DNA from: an uncultured delta proteobacterium
GTDB taxonomy: Bacteria > Desulfobacterota > RBG-13-43-22
Assembly (NCBI GenBank): GCA_963743305.1
Contig: CAVUPH010000007.1
Location: forward strand, 96,001-160,000
Direction: 5' to 3'
Length of the DNA stretch: 64,000 bases
Shown: positions 31,909 to 42,079 of the stretch, in pieces
Layout: each line of letters opens with the position of its first letter
Numbering within the stretch: the stretch's first letter is position 1
Translations under genes and position numbers: made by a program
Notes under the pieces: model-generated
Databases searched by the model: none
The model's input: the letters and a program-made list of their open reading frames with translations, nothing else
Told to the model about the DNA's origin: nothing

Positions 31909-32060
31909 TAGAACCCGTCGAGAAATAAGCTGTACAATACCGCTACTATCTCCGTTCATGCTGAGCCTGTCGAAGCATTGCCGTATCGTTCACCCTTCGA
32001 CAAGCTCAGGGCGAACGGTTGTAGGGCCGTTTGTCAAGGTTATTTGTTTACAGATCCTTA
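31909..32060. repeat. MITE-like element with a REP pair
   Basis: CCGTTCATGCTGAGCCTGTCGAAG ... CTTCGACAAGCTCAGGGCGAACGG with imperfect inverted ends. Confidence 0.7.
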
Positions 32061-32089
32061 GAGCCGTATCATTATGAGCTAAGTCAAAA

Positions 32090-32320
32090 GGCATTTCTCA
32101 CGGTTTCGGGGTCAAAATGGGCGCTGTAAGGCTGTTGAAGATCCCGAACCTGCTGCTGTTCACCATCCTCGATGATCGAACGGCCGATGGCCAAGGCCCC
32201 TAAATCATCCCGGATTTCTTTTGAATTTGAATTTCGTTATATCCTGGGTAGAGCCATTCCTGAGGGTGAGCCACAACTCCCCCCGGACCATGTTCAAGTC
32301 GATATAAACCGCGTCAGCCA
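32090..32320 (-). pseudogene. REP-associated tyrosine transposase (RAYT/Y1) C-terminal remnant
   Basis: YIDLNMVR.GVVAHPQEWLYPGYNEIQ across frameshifts. Confidence 0.6.
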
Positions 32321-32329
32321 GCCTCAGGA

Positions 32330-33568
32330 TTACGGCTTGTAAGCCTTGATCCGATCGATGACGTTCTGCTCGATATTGCGGTAGAAAAAAGCATAGTCAT
32401 AGCCGTGATACCAACCCGGCAACGTATTGTAGGGCGGGAAAAAATTTTGGTAGTTCGCCGGAGCAGGCAGCGCGGCCGGGTCGATCACCAAGGCTCCATT
32501 ATTGCTTTGTGCTCCGGTGTAATTGTTCACCTCATAGGTGTAGCTGCCGTCCGGCTGCGGCTTGAAAATTGCGGGGTCTGCTCCTGGCAACGAACCCTTG
32601 TAGAAGACTGCCCCCAAATTCGCCGCCGCCGGTGTGGCCGTCGACTCGCTGGCGCCGGGGTCAGTGGCAACCCAGGTCAGGGGGTTCACACTGTAAGCGT
32701 TCTTTCTCACCAATTCCATCTTCCCCCGCGAACCGGCTGGAACCATCGACCAATCCCCCGGAGTTTGCTGGGTGTTATAGGTGACAATGCAGCCGGTCTG
32801 AGCCTTGTCGCGGCAAATGCCGACCAAGGCTAACGAGTTGGGGAAACTATTCATGTCATCCGAGGTTACGGACCAACCGATCACATAGGCAGCCACCAGC
32901 AGTTTCCGCAGCGCCGGGTCCTGGAACTTGTTTTCCAGCAAAGAGAGCAACATGTTGGCTCCCTGGCTATGACCGGCCAGAATGAACGGACGCGCCTTGC
33001 CATTTGCAGCTTTGTTGTAGTGAGCCAGGTAGTAATCGAAGGCGTTCGACACATCCGCATAGGCAACTTGCAACGCTTGGTTGGCGGTGTCGGCAAACTG
33101 CGGGGTGTTTTGCCACAAGACAGCGTTCAGAACGTCGAACCCCGAGGACTGCCGGTAGTAGGGTATGTAAACGTTGGTACCAGCCTTCGCAAAGACCCCG
33201 ATCTTAGAAGCGACTTGCCATTTAATGCTGGGATCAACGTAGGCTTGGGCCAGCGACTGGTTCCATCCCGGGCTCCAAGTTGAAGTCAAAGGAGGCTGCG
33301 ACTTGCTGTCGTAGTTGTACGTAGTCGGATAGACGAAGAAGACATCCACGGTTTGTGAACCAGTCGGGAGGGCCAGCCAATTTTGCGTTTGGGCATAATC
33401 GGTGGGGACTGCGGCGGGAGCGGGATTCTCTCCACCCATACCGTAGGCAGCCAATGGCGACATGAGCGACAAGGCAAACACAAAACCCAAGATTTGAAAA
33501 AACTGAAGCCGAGGCTTCGTATTGCCATTCATTACGACATCCTTCTCGTTCCTGACCTTGTCCGTCAT
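32330..33568 (-). CDS. Secreted DUF3089-family alpha/beta hydrolase
   Basis: DVFFVYPTT, PYYRQ, AYADV..AF, RPFILAGHSQG, YH.YDY.FF. Confidence 0.85.
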   Translation of the reverse strand: MTDKVRNEKDVVMNGNTKPRLQFFQILGFVFALSLMSPLAAYGMGGENPAPAAVPTDYAQTQNWLALPTGSQTVDVFFVYPTTYNYDSKSQPPLTSTWSPGWNQSLAQAYVDPSIKWQVASKIGVFAKAGTNVYIPYYRQSSGFDVLNAVLWQNTPQFADTANQALQVAYADVSNAFDYYLAHYNKAANGKARPFILAGHSQGANMLLSLLENKFQDPALRKLLVAAYVIGWSVTSDDMNSFPNSLALVGICRDKAQTGCIVTYNTQQTPGDWSMVPAGSRGKMELVRKNAYSVNPLTWVATDPGASESTATPAAANLGAVFYKGSLPGADPAIFKPQPDGSYTYEVNNYTGAQSNNGALVIDPAALPAPANYQNFFPPYNTLPGWYHGYDYAFFYRNIEQNVIDRIKAYKP

Positions 33569-33584
33569 AATCCGCTCCCTTTGT

Positions 33585-33847
33585 TACCCTGAACATTGCA
33601 TAAAAAACAGGGCGGAAAACTATATGGGCTAATATCCATGGGGGTTCCCCGGGAATTTTCTTTCTTATAAGGAATTCACCCGGGGTGAACTATAGTTTTC
33701 ATCAAATTCCGCCCTCTTTTTTACCCTCCGGGAAAGCCGTGTGAGGCCTCAGCTCCTTTGTTGTCAAGGGCTCGCGGTATACGTCTACAGCTTCGCCCTT
33801 GACGCCTCGGATCTGAGGCCTCCTCGGCTTTTGCAACATCCAGGTTA
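33585..33847. mobile_element. 263-bp structured MITE-like element, copy 1
   Basis: About 10 substitutions from 49261-49523; imperfect TIR TA(A/C)CCTG.A..TTGCA; two long hairpins. Confidence 0.85.
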
Positions 33848-33904
33848 ATATGTTTCATGCGGCAGCAAAACCCGCCGGTTGGGTCGGTGTCATGTAACCC
33901 GCAG

Positions 33905-34591
33905 CTACGGCAATTCCGTAAAAAAGCGCTCCCAGCGGGGTTGATAACGATCCAGAATATTCAGGGAGATCACGACGGCCGAGGCGCGGCCGACGATTCG
34001 ATCGCGGGCCACGAAGCCGAAATATCTCGAGTCGGCGCTGTTGTCTCGATTGTCGCCCATCATAAAATAGTGGTCCTCGGGGACGGTCACGGGGCCGAAA
34101 GTTCGCGGGGCCGGCTGTCGAGGGATGATTTGGATCGGATGTTTTCTGCCGGTCAGGTCTTCCAGGACACAGAATTGGTCCGCATCGGACGGCAGCCTCT
34201 GGCCTTGGTCGATCGGTTCGTAGGCGGCCTCCGTGCCGTTGACCAGCAAGTGGTTGTTCCGCAGGGCGATGGAATCCCCCGGAAGACCGATCACCCGTTT
34301 CACCAGCCGTTTACCGTCCTGAGGGGAAAAGAAGACGACGATCTCCCCCCGCCGCGGATTGCTCCATTGGGCGAGGTGCCGGGTGGTGAAGGGGACCTTC
34401 AGGTCGTAGGCCAGCTTGTTCACGAAAATCCGGTCCCCTTCCAGGATCGTAGGATTCATGGACCCGCTGGGCACCACGTTCCAATCGGCAATGGCCGACT
34501 TGAAAGAGCCCGCGACGAGCAGGGCCACCAAAATAGAAAAGATCCAACTTTTCCAGATGAGGGACTCCTTTTTCAGCCAGGTTTGAGACAT
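33905..34591 (-). CDS. lepB: Signal peptidase I
   Basis: VPSGSMNPT, LVKRVIGLPGD, GDNRDNSADSRYFG. Confidence 0.93.
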   Translation of the reverse strand: MSQTWLKKESLIWKSWIFSILVALLVAGSFKSAIADWNVVPSGSMNPTILEGDRIFVNKLAYDLKVPFTTRHLAQWSNPRRGEIVVFFSPQDGKRLVKRVIGLPGDSIALRNNHLLVNGTEAAYEPIDQGQRLPSDADQFCVLEDLTGRKHPIQIIPRQPAPRTFGPVTVPEDHYFMMGDNRDNSADSRYFGFVARDRIVGRASAVVISLNILDRYQPRWERFFTELP

Positions 34592-34636
34592 AACGATACT
34601 CCTTGTTTAGGATTTAATATCTATTTCTCGTTTCCG

Positions 34637-35641
34637 CTACTTTTTAGGGGCCTCGACGATTGATACTCCGGTGTCATCTATCTTGAACGTCATTAGGTCT
34701 GCACCCACTACGACGGGACCATCGTAGGTCTTGCGTGTCGCCGCCAGCAGATCTTCCGGTGTGGGGAATGGAATACCCGCCTTCGGAAGGCCGGAGAGTA
34801 CGAGGTGGGAGTAAACGGCCAGCTTGGGCCGGGCGGCAGCGAAAAGCTTCCCGGCGAGTTCCGGCGAGATATGGTGTTCATATATGGCCTTATAAACAGG
34901 ATACTGATTAAAGAGCTTTTCAGGGATCATGGCTACCTCATGGATGAGCAGATCAGCGCCCTGGGCCGCTTTTTCAACGTTGGCACTATAACGGGTATCG
35001 CCCGAAATCACTACCGAGTGGTTTTTGTAGGTGATTTTGAAACCGTAGCAAGGTTTAACGAGATCGCCATGATCTACCTCAAAGGCGGTCACCAGAACAC
35101 CATTCTTTTCATAAACGACACCCGGCTTAAAATCGTGCGCCTCTACTTGGATGCCGGCTAAAGGGTTCTTTTCATCCTCGAGACGAATGCGGCGATCTTC
35201 AGAAAAGGCTTCCCATAGATTTGCCATCATTTTCTCCGTTCCCGGAGGACCATAGATTAAAAAGGGCTTCTTCCGTCCGCCGAAGGCTGTTTGAATCCAT
35301 CCGCTTAGCCATAGATCAGAAAGGCCATTGATATGATCGGAGTGCAGATGGGTAAGGAAATGAGCGTCGATGCTGCCGAGAGGAATCTGTTTCTGCCACA
35401 GACGGATGGTAACGCCTCGCCCCATATCAAAGACGAGTCGTTGTCCCCCGGCTTCAATTAAGGTGCTGTTTCCGAAGCGAATGGGAGAGGGCACCGGCAT
35501 CCCGGTACCCAGCAGGGTGACTGAAAAATCATCTGACGACAGTGCTGGAGCGGAGAGGACGAGGGAAAGGCCGAGTAGACCTATAATCGTCAACCATCTG
35601 GTTCCTCCTGACGTCACTTTAAAAATGCTGCTGAACCTCAT
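34637..35641 (-). CDS. Exported MBL-fold metallohydrolase (RNase Z/arylsulfatase-like)
   Basis: LLGTG.P, THLHSDH, SGDT, ADLLIHE. Confidence 0.88.
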   Translation of the reverse strand: MRFSSIFKVTSGGTRWLTIIGLLGLSLVLSAPALSSDDFSVTLLGTGMPVPSPIRFGNSTLIEAGGQRLVFDMGRGVTIRLWQKQIPLGSIDAHFLTHLHSDHINGLSDLWLSGWIQTAFGGRKKPFLIYGPPGTEKMMANLWEAFSEDRRIRLEDEKNPLAGIQVEAHDFKPGVVYEKNGVLVTAFEVDHGDLVKPCYGFKITYKNHSVVISGDTRYSANVEKAAQGADLLIHEVAMIPEKLFNQYPVYKAIYEHHISPELAGKLFAAARPKLAVYSHLVLSGLPKAGIPFPTPEDLLAATRKTYDGPVVVGADLMTFKIDDTGVSIVEAPKK

Positions 35642-35699
35642 CGTTTAATACCTCCTTCTTGAAATGAATAGTGTTGCATCTTGGTTGTCCATGGCCTTT

Positions 35700-35889
35700 A
35701 GGCGGCGTTGACGGCCGTGGCGCGGCCGACGATCCGATCGCGGGCCACGAATCCGAAATATCGCGAGTCGGCGTTGTTGTCGCGATTGTCGCCCATCATG
35801 AAATAGTTCCCCTCGGGAATGGTCACCGGGCCGAAAGTCCGCAGTGCCGGCAGCCCGGGGGTAGTCAGGACTGGATGCTTTCTGCCGGG
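35700..35889 (-). pseudogene. Diverged fragment of a second signal peptidase I
   Basis: Aligns to 33972-34151 with many third-position changes; GDNRDNNADSRYFG. Confidence 0.8.
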
Positions 35890-36159
35890 CTAATCAAATA
35901 ACTCCGCATGGGTTCCAAGACGGGTCGGCCGGAGTTCAAAATCCGTCAACGTGTATATTAAAAGCAAATCGGGTTCGATATGGCACTCCCGAAAATCCCG
36001 CCAGGTGCCTTTCAATTTGTGATCTTTATAATAATCCGATAGGGGTTGAGGTTTGGATAGAATCTCCAAGGTCGCCTCAACCTTTTTAATGTTCCGACCC
36101 TGCCGGGCCGCCCTTTTGAGGTCTCTCTTGAATTGGGCCGTAGGTCGAATCGGCAGCAT
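35890..36159 (-). CDS. yafQ: YafQ-family type II toxin
   Basis: DHKLKG.W..FRECHIEPDLLLIY..RLGTHAELF. Confidence 0.9.
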   Translation of the reverse strand: MLPIRPTAQFKRDLKRAARQGRNIKKVEATLEILSKPQPLSDYYKDHKLKGTWRDFRECHIEPDLLLIYTLTDFELRPTRLGTHAELFD

Positions 36160-36416
36160 TAAAGCCCCAGATCACTGAATAAATCTTTTACGTTGTCATA
36201 TTTTTCCCCTTTTCCCTTTCGGGCGTCTTCCATCGCCCGGATGGTTTGGGAATTGGGCAGGCGAAGATCAAAAGGGATTCCTTGATGAGCAATGATTTGT
36301 CGATAGAACATTTCCTGGGCCGCCGAAATGGAAATGCCCAGTTCTTTTAAAATGACTTCCGCCCGCATTTTTACCTCCGGGGTCAATCGGGCATGGGTCA
36401 TGGCGGTTTTAGCCAT
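36159..36416 (-). CDS. dinJ: RelB/DinJ-family antitoxin
   Basis: K..AE.IL..LGISIS.A..MF..QI....GIPFDL..PN..T..AM. Confidence 0.88.
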   Translation of the reverse strand: MAKTAMTHARLTPEVKMRAEVILKELGISISAAQEMFYRQIIAHQGIPFDLRLPNSQTIRAMEDARKGKGEKYDNVKDLFSDLGL

Positions 36417-36593
36417 AGACGGCACCTCCTTTTTTGTATACCAAAATGTTATATAAGGACAAACCCAATGTCAAGGCCCTTTAATTCTCCAATTTTAAGT
36501 TGGGGGATCAGGTAAGTTGTAAGTTGAGGGTCGGGCCAGGCTAATCCCGTAATTGTTCAATTTTACTAACAATCTCATAATGGATGTAAGAAT

Positions 36594-38018
36594 CTACAGT
36601 GTGTAGGCAAAAAGATGGGCCCACCATTCTCGGAGACGGTCAAGCCAGGGCCGCTGTTTCCACTTTTCCAGTGAAACCGGTTCCGACTGCTCCAGGTCCT
36701 TGGCAAACAATGCTTCCATTTCCAAGGCGAAATTGCGGCCCAGGATGACGGCGTTTACTTCAAAGTTCTGGGAAAAGCTCAAAAAGTCCAGGTTGGTGGA
36801 CCCGACGGTCGACCAGACGCCATCGATCACCGCGGTTTTGGCGTGCAGGACGGCGTTGCGGAATTCATAGAGCTTCACCCCAGCCTCCAGCAGTTCGTCG
36901 TAATAATACCGGCCGGCGTACCAGGGCAGCTTTTCATCGCTCGTCTTGGGCAGGATGATCTTAACATCGACGCCGCTCCGGGCAGCGTCTCTCAGGGCGC
37001 GTATCATCTGTGAGTCGGGAACGAAATAGGAATTCGTCAGGTGAATGGACCGCTCGGCGAAGGAGATGGCGGAGATATACATGACGAAAGTCGTTCGGCC
37101 CTTTTCACCCGGTGTGGTCGCCAGGACCTGCACCAGTTCCCGGCCCTCTTCCTTCAATTTCGGATAATACTCGCTTTCTGAAAGCGGAGGACCTTGCTGC
37201 TTTTCCCAAGCCCGGAGAAAAATTTTCTGAAACTCGGCCACGGCCGGCCCCTCTACCTGGATGTCCGTGTCGCGCCAGGAGAATTGCGTTTCGTCCTCCG
37301 GTTCACCTCCGGAAAACCGGCTGGAATAAACCTGGCTGATGTTCACCCCTCCGGTAATGGCGATCTTGCCGTCCACGACCAGGATCTTCCGATGATCCCG
37401 CAGGGTCACCCTCCATTTCTTCTTGACCTTGATCGGGTTTACGGGATTGAATTCGACCACATTGATCCCCTTGTCCCGTAAATCCTGAAAAAAAACAGCC
37501 GGAGTGGTCAGGCTGCCCACACTGTCATAGATGAGATTCACCTGGACGCCTTCCGCCTGTTTCCGTATAAAAAGATCGGCCAGCTTGCGGCCCATTTCCT
37601 CATCGTCTTCGAAGATGAAGGTTTCCATATTGACGTGGTGTTTGGCGTCCTGGATCACCTTGAGCATGGCGGCGTAGGTGGCAGGCCCGTCGACCAACAG
37701 TTCGACCCTATTTCCCTTGATGAGGGGGCTTCCGCTCATGGCTTCGTTGACCGCGGCCTGGCGCTCCAGGACATCGGTCGGATCGGCCGAGCGCTTTAGG
37801 CGTTCGATGAGGGCCTCGCCCCGACGAGGAGAGAGCCAGCCGCGGGCCGAAGCGATACGCGGCGGTTTACTGCCGGGAGGGAATGAACTGATAATTTTGG
37901 AGGCATCCGGGAGGGTGGCGCATCCTCCGAAGAAGAGGCCGGATAAGGCAATGAACCCCGGGGAGAAGGCCAGATAATAAAGCAGGAAACGCGGTACAAG
38001 CTTTTTGAGTATTTTCAT
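36594..38018 (-). CDS. cls: Cardiolipin synthase (phospholipase D family)
   Basis: Two HKD motifs (DHRKILVVDG, LHAKTAVIDG). Confidence 0.88.
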   Translation of the reverse strand: MKILKKLVPRFLLYYLAFSPGFIALSGLFFGGCATLPDASKIISSFPPGSKPPRIASARGWLSPRRGEALIERLKRSADPTDVLERQAAVNEAMSGSPLIKGNRVELLVDGPATYAAMLKVIQDAKHHVNMETFIFEDDEEMGRKLADLFIRKQAEGVQVNLIYDSVGSLTTPAVFFQDLRDKGINVVEFNPVNPIKVKKKWRVTLRDHRKILVVDGKIAITGGVNISQVYSSRFSGGEPEDETQFSWRDTDIQVEGPAVAEFQKIFLRAWEKQQGPPLSESEYYPKLKEEGRELVQVLATTPGEKGRTTFVMYISAISFAERSIHLTNSYFVPDSQMIRALRDAARSGVDVKIILPKTSDEKLPWYAGRYYYDELLEAGVKLYEFRNAVLHAKTAVIDGVWSTVGSTNLDFLSFSQNFEVNAVILGRNFALEMEALFAKDLEQSEPVSLEKWKQRPWLDRLREWWAHLFAYTL

Positions 38019-38028
38019 ATTTCCCCAA

Positions 38029-38955
38029 TCATAATTCGGAATCGATTCGGTAGAGGCCTTCTTCCTTGGCCATCCGGACCGCCTCTTGAAACTCCAACCG
38101 GGTGAGGCGGCGGCGCAGGGGAGAGTCCGGAGGGATCAAGTCCCCGCAGGGGCGGTATTGATCCATCAGGTTGACATAGGTGTTTTTTGAAATCTCCGTG
38201 GCCAGAAAATGCATGGCCTCCCGGGTGCCGGCCAGCCCTTCGGGCAGGACCAGGTGCCGGACCAGTAATCCCCGGAGGGCGATCCCTTCCTCGTCCAGGT
38301 CCAGGTCGCCCACCTGGCGATGCATCTCTTTCAAGGCCGCCGTGATCACCTCCGGGTAGTCGGGCGCCTGGGAGTATTGGGCCGCGATGTCCCCCCGCGT
38401 ATACTTGAAGTCCGGCATGTAGATGTCGAAGACCCCATCGAGAAGCCGCAGGGTGTCGACCGAGTCGTAGCCGCCCGTGTTGTAGACCAGGGGCACGGAC
38501 AGACCCTTTTTGACGGCCGGGGGGAGGGCCTTCAGGATCTGGGCGGCAAAATGAGAGGGGCTGACGAAGTTGAGGTTATGGCAGCCGATCTCCTGCAGGT
38601 GAACCATGATCCGACTAAGCTGCTCGAAGGAAACAGCCTGGCCGTCCCCCAGGCGGCTGATCTCGTAGTTCTGGCAAAAGATGCAGCCCAGGTTGCAATG
38701 GGTCATAAAGATCGTGCCCGACCCATAGCGGCCCACCAGCGGTTTTTCTTCCCCCAGGTGCGGGCCGTAGGAGGAGATTTCAGGTAGGCCGCCGGCTCGA
38801 CAGAAACCCTGCTCGCCGGCGGTCCGGTCGGTCCTGCATTTTCTCGGGCAGAGGGTGCATTCTTTGAGGATGGCTTCGGCCTCGGCGATCCGGCCGGGGA
38901 AGAGGCCCTTTTCATAGGTAGTCAGGTAGGCCGCCTGGAAATCCTTTCGTTTCAT
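38029..38955 (-). CDS. Radical SAM protein (PflX-like)
   Basis: CTLCPRKC, CNLGCIFCQN, DIYMPDFKY, RHLVLP. Confidence 0.9.
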   Translation of the reverse strand: MKRKDFQAAYLTTYEKGLFPGRIAEAEAILKECTLCPRKCRTDRTAGEQGFCRAGGLPEISSYGPHLGEEKPLVGRYGSGTIFMTHCNLGCIFCQNYEISRLGDGQAVSFEQLSRIMVHLQEIGCHNLNFVSPSHFAAQILKALPPAVKKGLSVPLVYNTGGYDSVDTLRLLDGVFDIYMPDFKYTRGDIAAQYSQAPDYPEVITAALKEMHRQVGDLDLDEEGIALRGLLVRHLVLPEGLAGTREAMHFLATEISKNTYVNLMDQYRPCGDLIPPDSPLRRRLTRLEFQEAVRMAKEEGLYRIDSEL

Positions 38956-39057
38956 AACGGAAAAGTATAGGACAGGAAAATGACCCGATCAAGAGGAAAT
39001 AGCGATAATGAAATCAACCCGGAGCGTAGGGGAAGGAGAGAACCTCCCTTTACCCGA

Positions 39058-39297
39058 TTAGGCCGTCTTATTATAATGTGAAGCGTACCAATCCACTACT
39101 TCTCTAATCATTTTTTGATAGGAAGTTTTATGCTTCTTGGCTTGTTCTTTGAAAAAATCGATGCTCGATTTTTTTAATGAGATGGTGACCTTTAAATTGT
39201 CTTCCTTCAATACCAATTGATCCGGGGGAGGAAGGAAATCGTCCACAACCCGTAATTTTCCTATCGGCCCTTCAGAATATTTTGTTTTCGGTATCAT
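39058..39297 (-). CDS. CopG/BrnA-like antitoxin
   Basis: DFLPPPDQL, KVTISL..SIDFFK, YQKMIR. Confidence 0.8.
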   Translation of the reverse strand: MIPKTKYSEGPIGKLRVVDDFLPPPDQLVLKEDNLKVTISLKKSSIDFFKEQAKKHKTSYQKMIREVVDWYASHYNKTA

Positions 39298-39562
39298 AAA
39301 GTTTCTTTCCTTTTCTCCAGTACCCTGCGCCATAGATGCGAATCACATGGCCACGGTAGGTAAACCTGACGGTCAAGATGCCCTCGCCGACCCGTCCCAT
39401 ACAGTAATAGCGGTCTTCTTCGGAGCTATGGGTCACATCTTCTGCGATAACACGATGAGGATCCAGAAACGCCCGCTGAGCTACCGCTAAAGAAATCCCG
39501 TGCTTCGCCTGATTTTCCTTATCCTTTTCCTCATCCCACTCAAAGGTGGCTTTTATCATCAA
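39272..39562 (-). CDS. BrnT-family toxin
   Basis: FEWDEEK..ENQAKHGIS, EDRY, LTVRFTYR..IRI. Confidence 0.88.
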   Translation of the reverse strand: MMIKATFEWDEEKDKENQAKHGISLAVAQRAFLDPHRVIAEDVTHSSEEDRYYCMGRVGEGILTVRFTYRGHVIRIYGAGYWRKGKKLYDTENKIF

Positions 39563-39983
39563 CGTACATTATCAAGGTTAAGAATAATTTGCAATACAAA
39601 AGTATGTAAAATAATATGGTCATTGCGATTTTCTTTCCATTTGACGACTCCTTCCAGGTCCTTTACTAATTTCCCATAGGCCGAGCGGTTGAGGCCCGCC
39701 GCCTCACGACCCTTCCTATTTATCACCGTTTAAAGGAAAAATATGCCGGTAAGCCTGTTTCGGTACCCAACGGAGGTATTCCACAGGTCGGGGCCCAATG
39801 GTTCGAAGATAGAACTGGCCTTCGAATTCGAAAACCGGAAACGCAAAGGCATCACAGTTATTTATATTCCACCCCATCAAATAGATTGAGCATAGGCGCT
39901 AAGGCGTGCTTCTCATCCTGAACATAGATAAAATGACTGATATGTGGCAAACGAGACGCTCACAGTAGCAAGCTGGAGGGTAT

Positions 39984-41168
39984 ATGGAGTGGCGTAGATA
40001 CTTAAAAAACCAGGATGGAACCCTAACCATACCTGATAATTGGATCTTCATTCACTACTATGAGGCACTATCACTCCTATTTCGAGTTGAGAATGCGTTG
40101 CGAATATTTGTCTATGTAGTGCTTAAGAATGAGTTCGGTGAAAATTGGGACGCCCTCGAAATCTCAAGCGATGAAAACAGTAAGACTTCAATTCAGGCTT
40201 TAGCAAGGCAGCGAATAGAACAAAACAGGGCATTTGGTTATCTCAGTTATCCAATCAACTCCCCTCTTATGCATCTGACGAGCGGAGAATTGGTGAGACT
40301 GGTCATTCACGATTCCTATTGGAAGTATTTCAAACCATATTTCATGGCGGCAAAAAACGTAGTGACTCTAAAGCTCCAAGAAATCGGAAATATCAGAAAT
40401 GCATTAGCGCACTTTAGACCCATCAAGGCGGATGACGTAGAGGTTGTGAAACAGAACGCTAATCAGGTTCTTGCTACCGTTGAGAAGACTTTGGTTGATA
40501 TTGTTCGGTGTGACCAAGGGGTTCCCTCGAACACTGATGATGAATGGTATTCTGCCCTGCGTTCCATTGGTACCCAGCGGGCTAAGTTATCCTTCTCACA
40601 AAGCGTCGACAACAACTGGGTAAGGATTGACATGCGCTATTTTCCACCAATACTATCGCAAAATTCTTGGGCAAAACGGATAAGTTATAAAGTAATTAAC
40701 ATACGCCCGTTGGATGTTCTTAAATCCTATGGCGGTCTCTCAACGTCTGTAATCTTCCTTTCAGAATCGGTGACTTATGTGGCGATGCCCAAGGACTTTA
40801 AACCGAAGTTTCAAAAACGGCTCAGATTCACGTTTAGCAAAAAGACACTAGGTAAAAGACATGCTGAGGTAAGAAGCCAATTCGAGGAATTGCTTAAGCA
40901 AATCGACGAAGAAACGGATTTACTCTCCGAGGATCAACTTGCTCGAGGAAAGCTGCTCAACTCCTGCACGATTTCTGCGACCCAGAGGGACGATGAAGAC
41001 CGTCAGTGGTGGGATTTTGGCTATAGCAATTTGTGGACGCCCGTCCAGGAAGATTACCCTGCTGAGTTTTGGCGGCCCCTGGATGCTTCCAACCCTGACT
41101 TCATCTCGAACACGGAGGAGTACCCGTGGATGCCCGTGCACGTTTCAGAGGCGGAAGTTCCATTTTAG
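39984..41168 (+). CDS. Swt1-like HEPN domain protein
   Basis: LFRVENALR and RNALAH (Rx4H); low GC. Confidence 0.75.
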   Translation: MEWRRYLKNQDGTLTIPDNWIFIHYYEALSLLFRVENALRIFVYVVLKNEFGENWDALEISSDENSKTSIQALARQRIEQNRAFGYLSYPINSPLMHLTSGELVRLVIHDSYWKYFKPYFMAAKNVVTLKLQEIGNIRNALAHFRPIKADDVEVVKQNANQVLATVEKTLVDIVRCDQGVPSNTDDEWYSALRSIGTQRAKLSFSQSVDNNWVRIDMRYFPPILSQNSWAKRISYKVINIRPLDVLKSYGGLSTSVIFLSESVTYVAMPKDFKPKFQKRLRFTFSKKTLGKRHAEVRSQFEELLKQIDEETDLLSEDQLARGKLLNSCTISATQRDDEDRQWWDFGYSNLWTPVQEDYPAEFWRPLDASNPDFISNTEEYPWMPVHVSEAEVPF

Positions 41169-41190
41169 CGAATGACAGAATGTAGTGACC

Positions 41191-41246
41191 GTCTAACCCG
41201 TCGTTCAACCTGATCGCAGATGCGTCCGTTCAACTCGGCGTTATTG
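41191..41246 (+). other. attC site (56 bp)
   Basis: GTCTAAC-CCGTCGTTCAACCTGAT...GTTCAACTCGGC-GTTATTG, 22 nt after the HEPN stop. Confidence 0.7.
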
Positions 41247-41370
41247 GCCCTGATTTCCATTCGATCACCTCAGGTCTATTTTGAATCCATATTCGTTGGG
41301 CCGTGTTACCGGGTTGCTGCCGCAGCCCTTTCCACGGCTTGATCCTTTATCTTGCTCCTTTCCTAATTGG

Positions 41371-42033
41371 CTAGGACAATTTTGGCCCGGCCGGTTTTAC
41401 GGCAAACACATAGGCTCTTCGGCTTTCGTACTCCACCCCGGGATAGGGTTCCCTTTCGATAACCTCTATCTTTTCAAATCCGCTGTTCTTTAGGCCACTG
41501 GCAATGAAATCGGTGGGAAAAAACCTGAAATCTATATCGATTTTCTGGCCGAGAAACTCGTCTAAGTGGATGGTCTCCTCCCCAACGTGGTAGGTGAGAA
41601 GGAATACACCGCCCGGCTGTAATACCCGAAAAACTTCACGGAAGGCCAGCCCAACCTGTTCCTTTGTGAAATGGGCGACAGCGTAAAAGGCGACAACACC
41701 GGCTATGGAGTCGGTTGCAAATTCAAGCGCAAGAATATTGCCCTTTTGGAAGTGTATCTCCGGGTGAATTGATCTGGCCTGTTCCAGAATTCCTTCCGAT
41801 AGATCCAGCCCGGAAATTTCAAGACCAAGGTTTTTCAGATAGTCGGCCGTTTGACCGGGACCGCAGCCGAAATCCCAGACCGGCTTTCTATGCCCGATTT
41901 CTTGCGAGAAGCGGCGGAGAATTTCCCGGTCTTTCGGTTTCTTTTCGTGTTCCCCGGAGAAGGCTTCGGCATATTCTTTGGCTATCTTATCGTACTGGAT
42001 CGCTACTGGGTCTATATCCTGTCCCATTGCCAT
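41371..42033 (-). CDS. Class I SAM-dependent methyltransferase
   Basis: DFGCGPG, GLDLS, RVLQPGG. Confidence 0.88.
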   Translation of the reverse strand: MAMGQDIDPVAIQYDKIAKEYAEAFSGEHEKKPKDREILRRFSQEIGHRKPVWDFGCGPGQTADYLKNLGLEISGLDLSEGILEQARSIHPEIHFQKGNILALEFATDSIAGVVAFYAVAHFTKEQVGLAFREVFRVLQPGGVFLLTYHVGEETIHLDEFLGQKIDIDFRFFPTDFIASGLKNSGFEKIEVIEREPYPGVEYESRRAYVFAVKPAGPKLS

Positions 42034-42079
42034 AGTCCAAGGCCCGAGACGAGGAAGGCGCCTTAGGCAATAACCTCAA

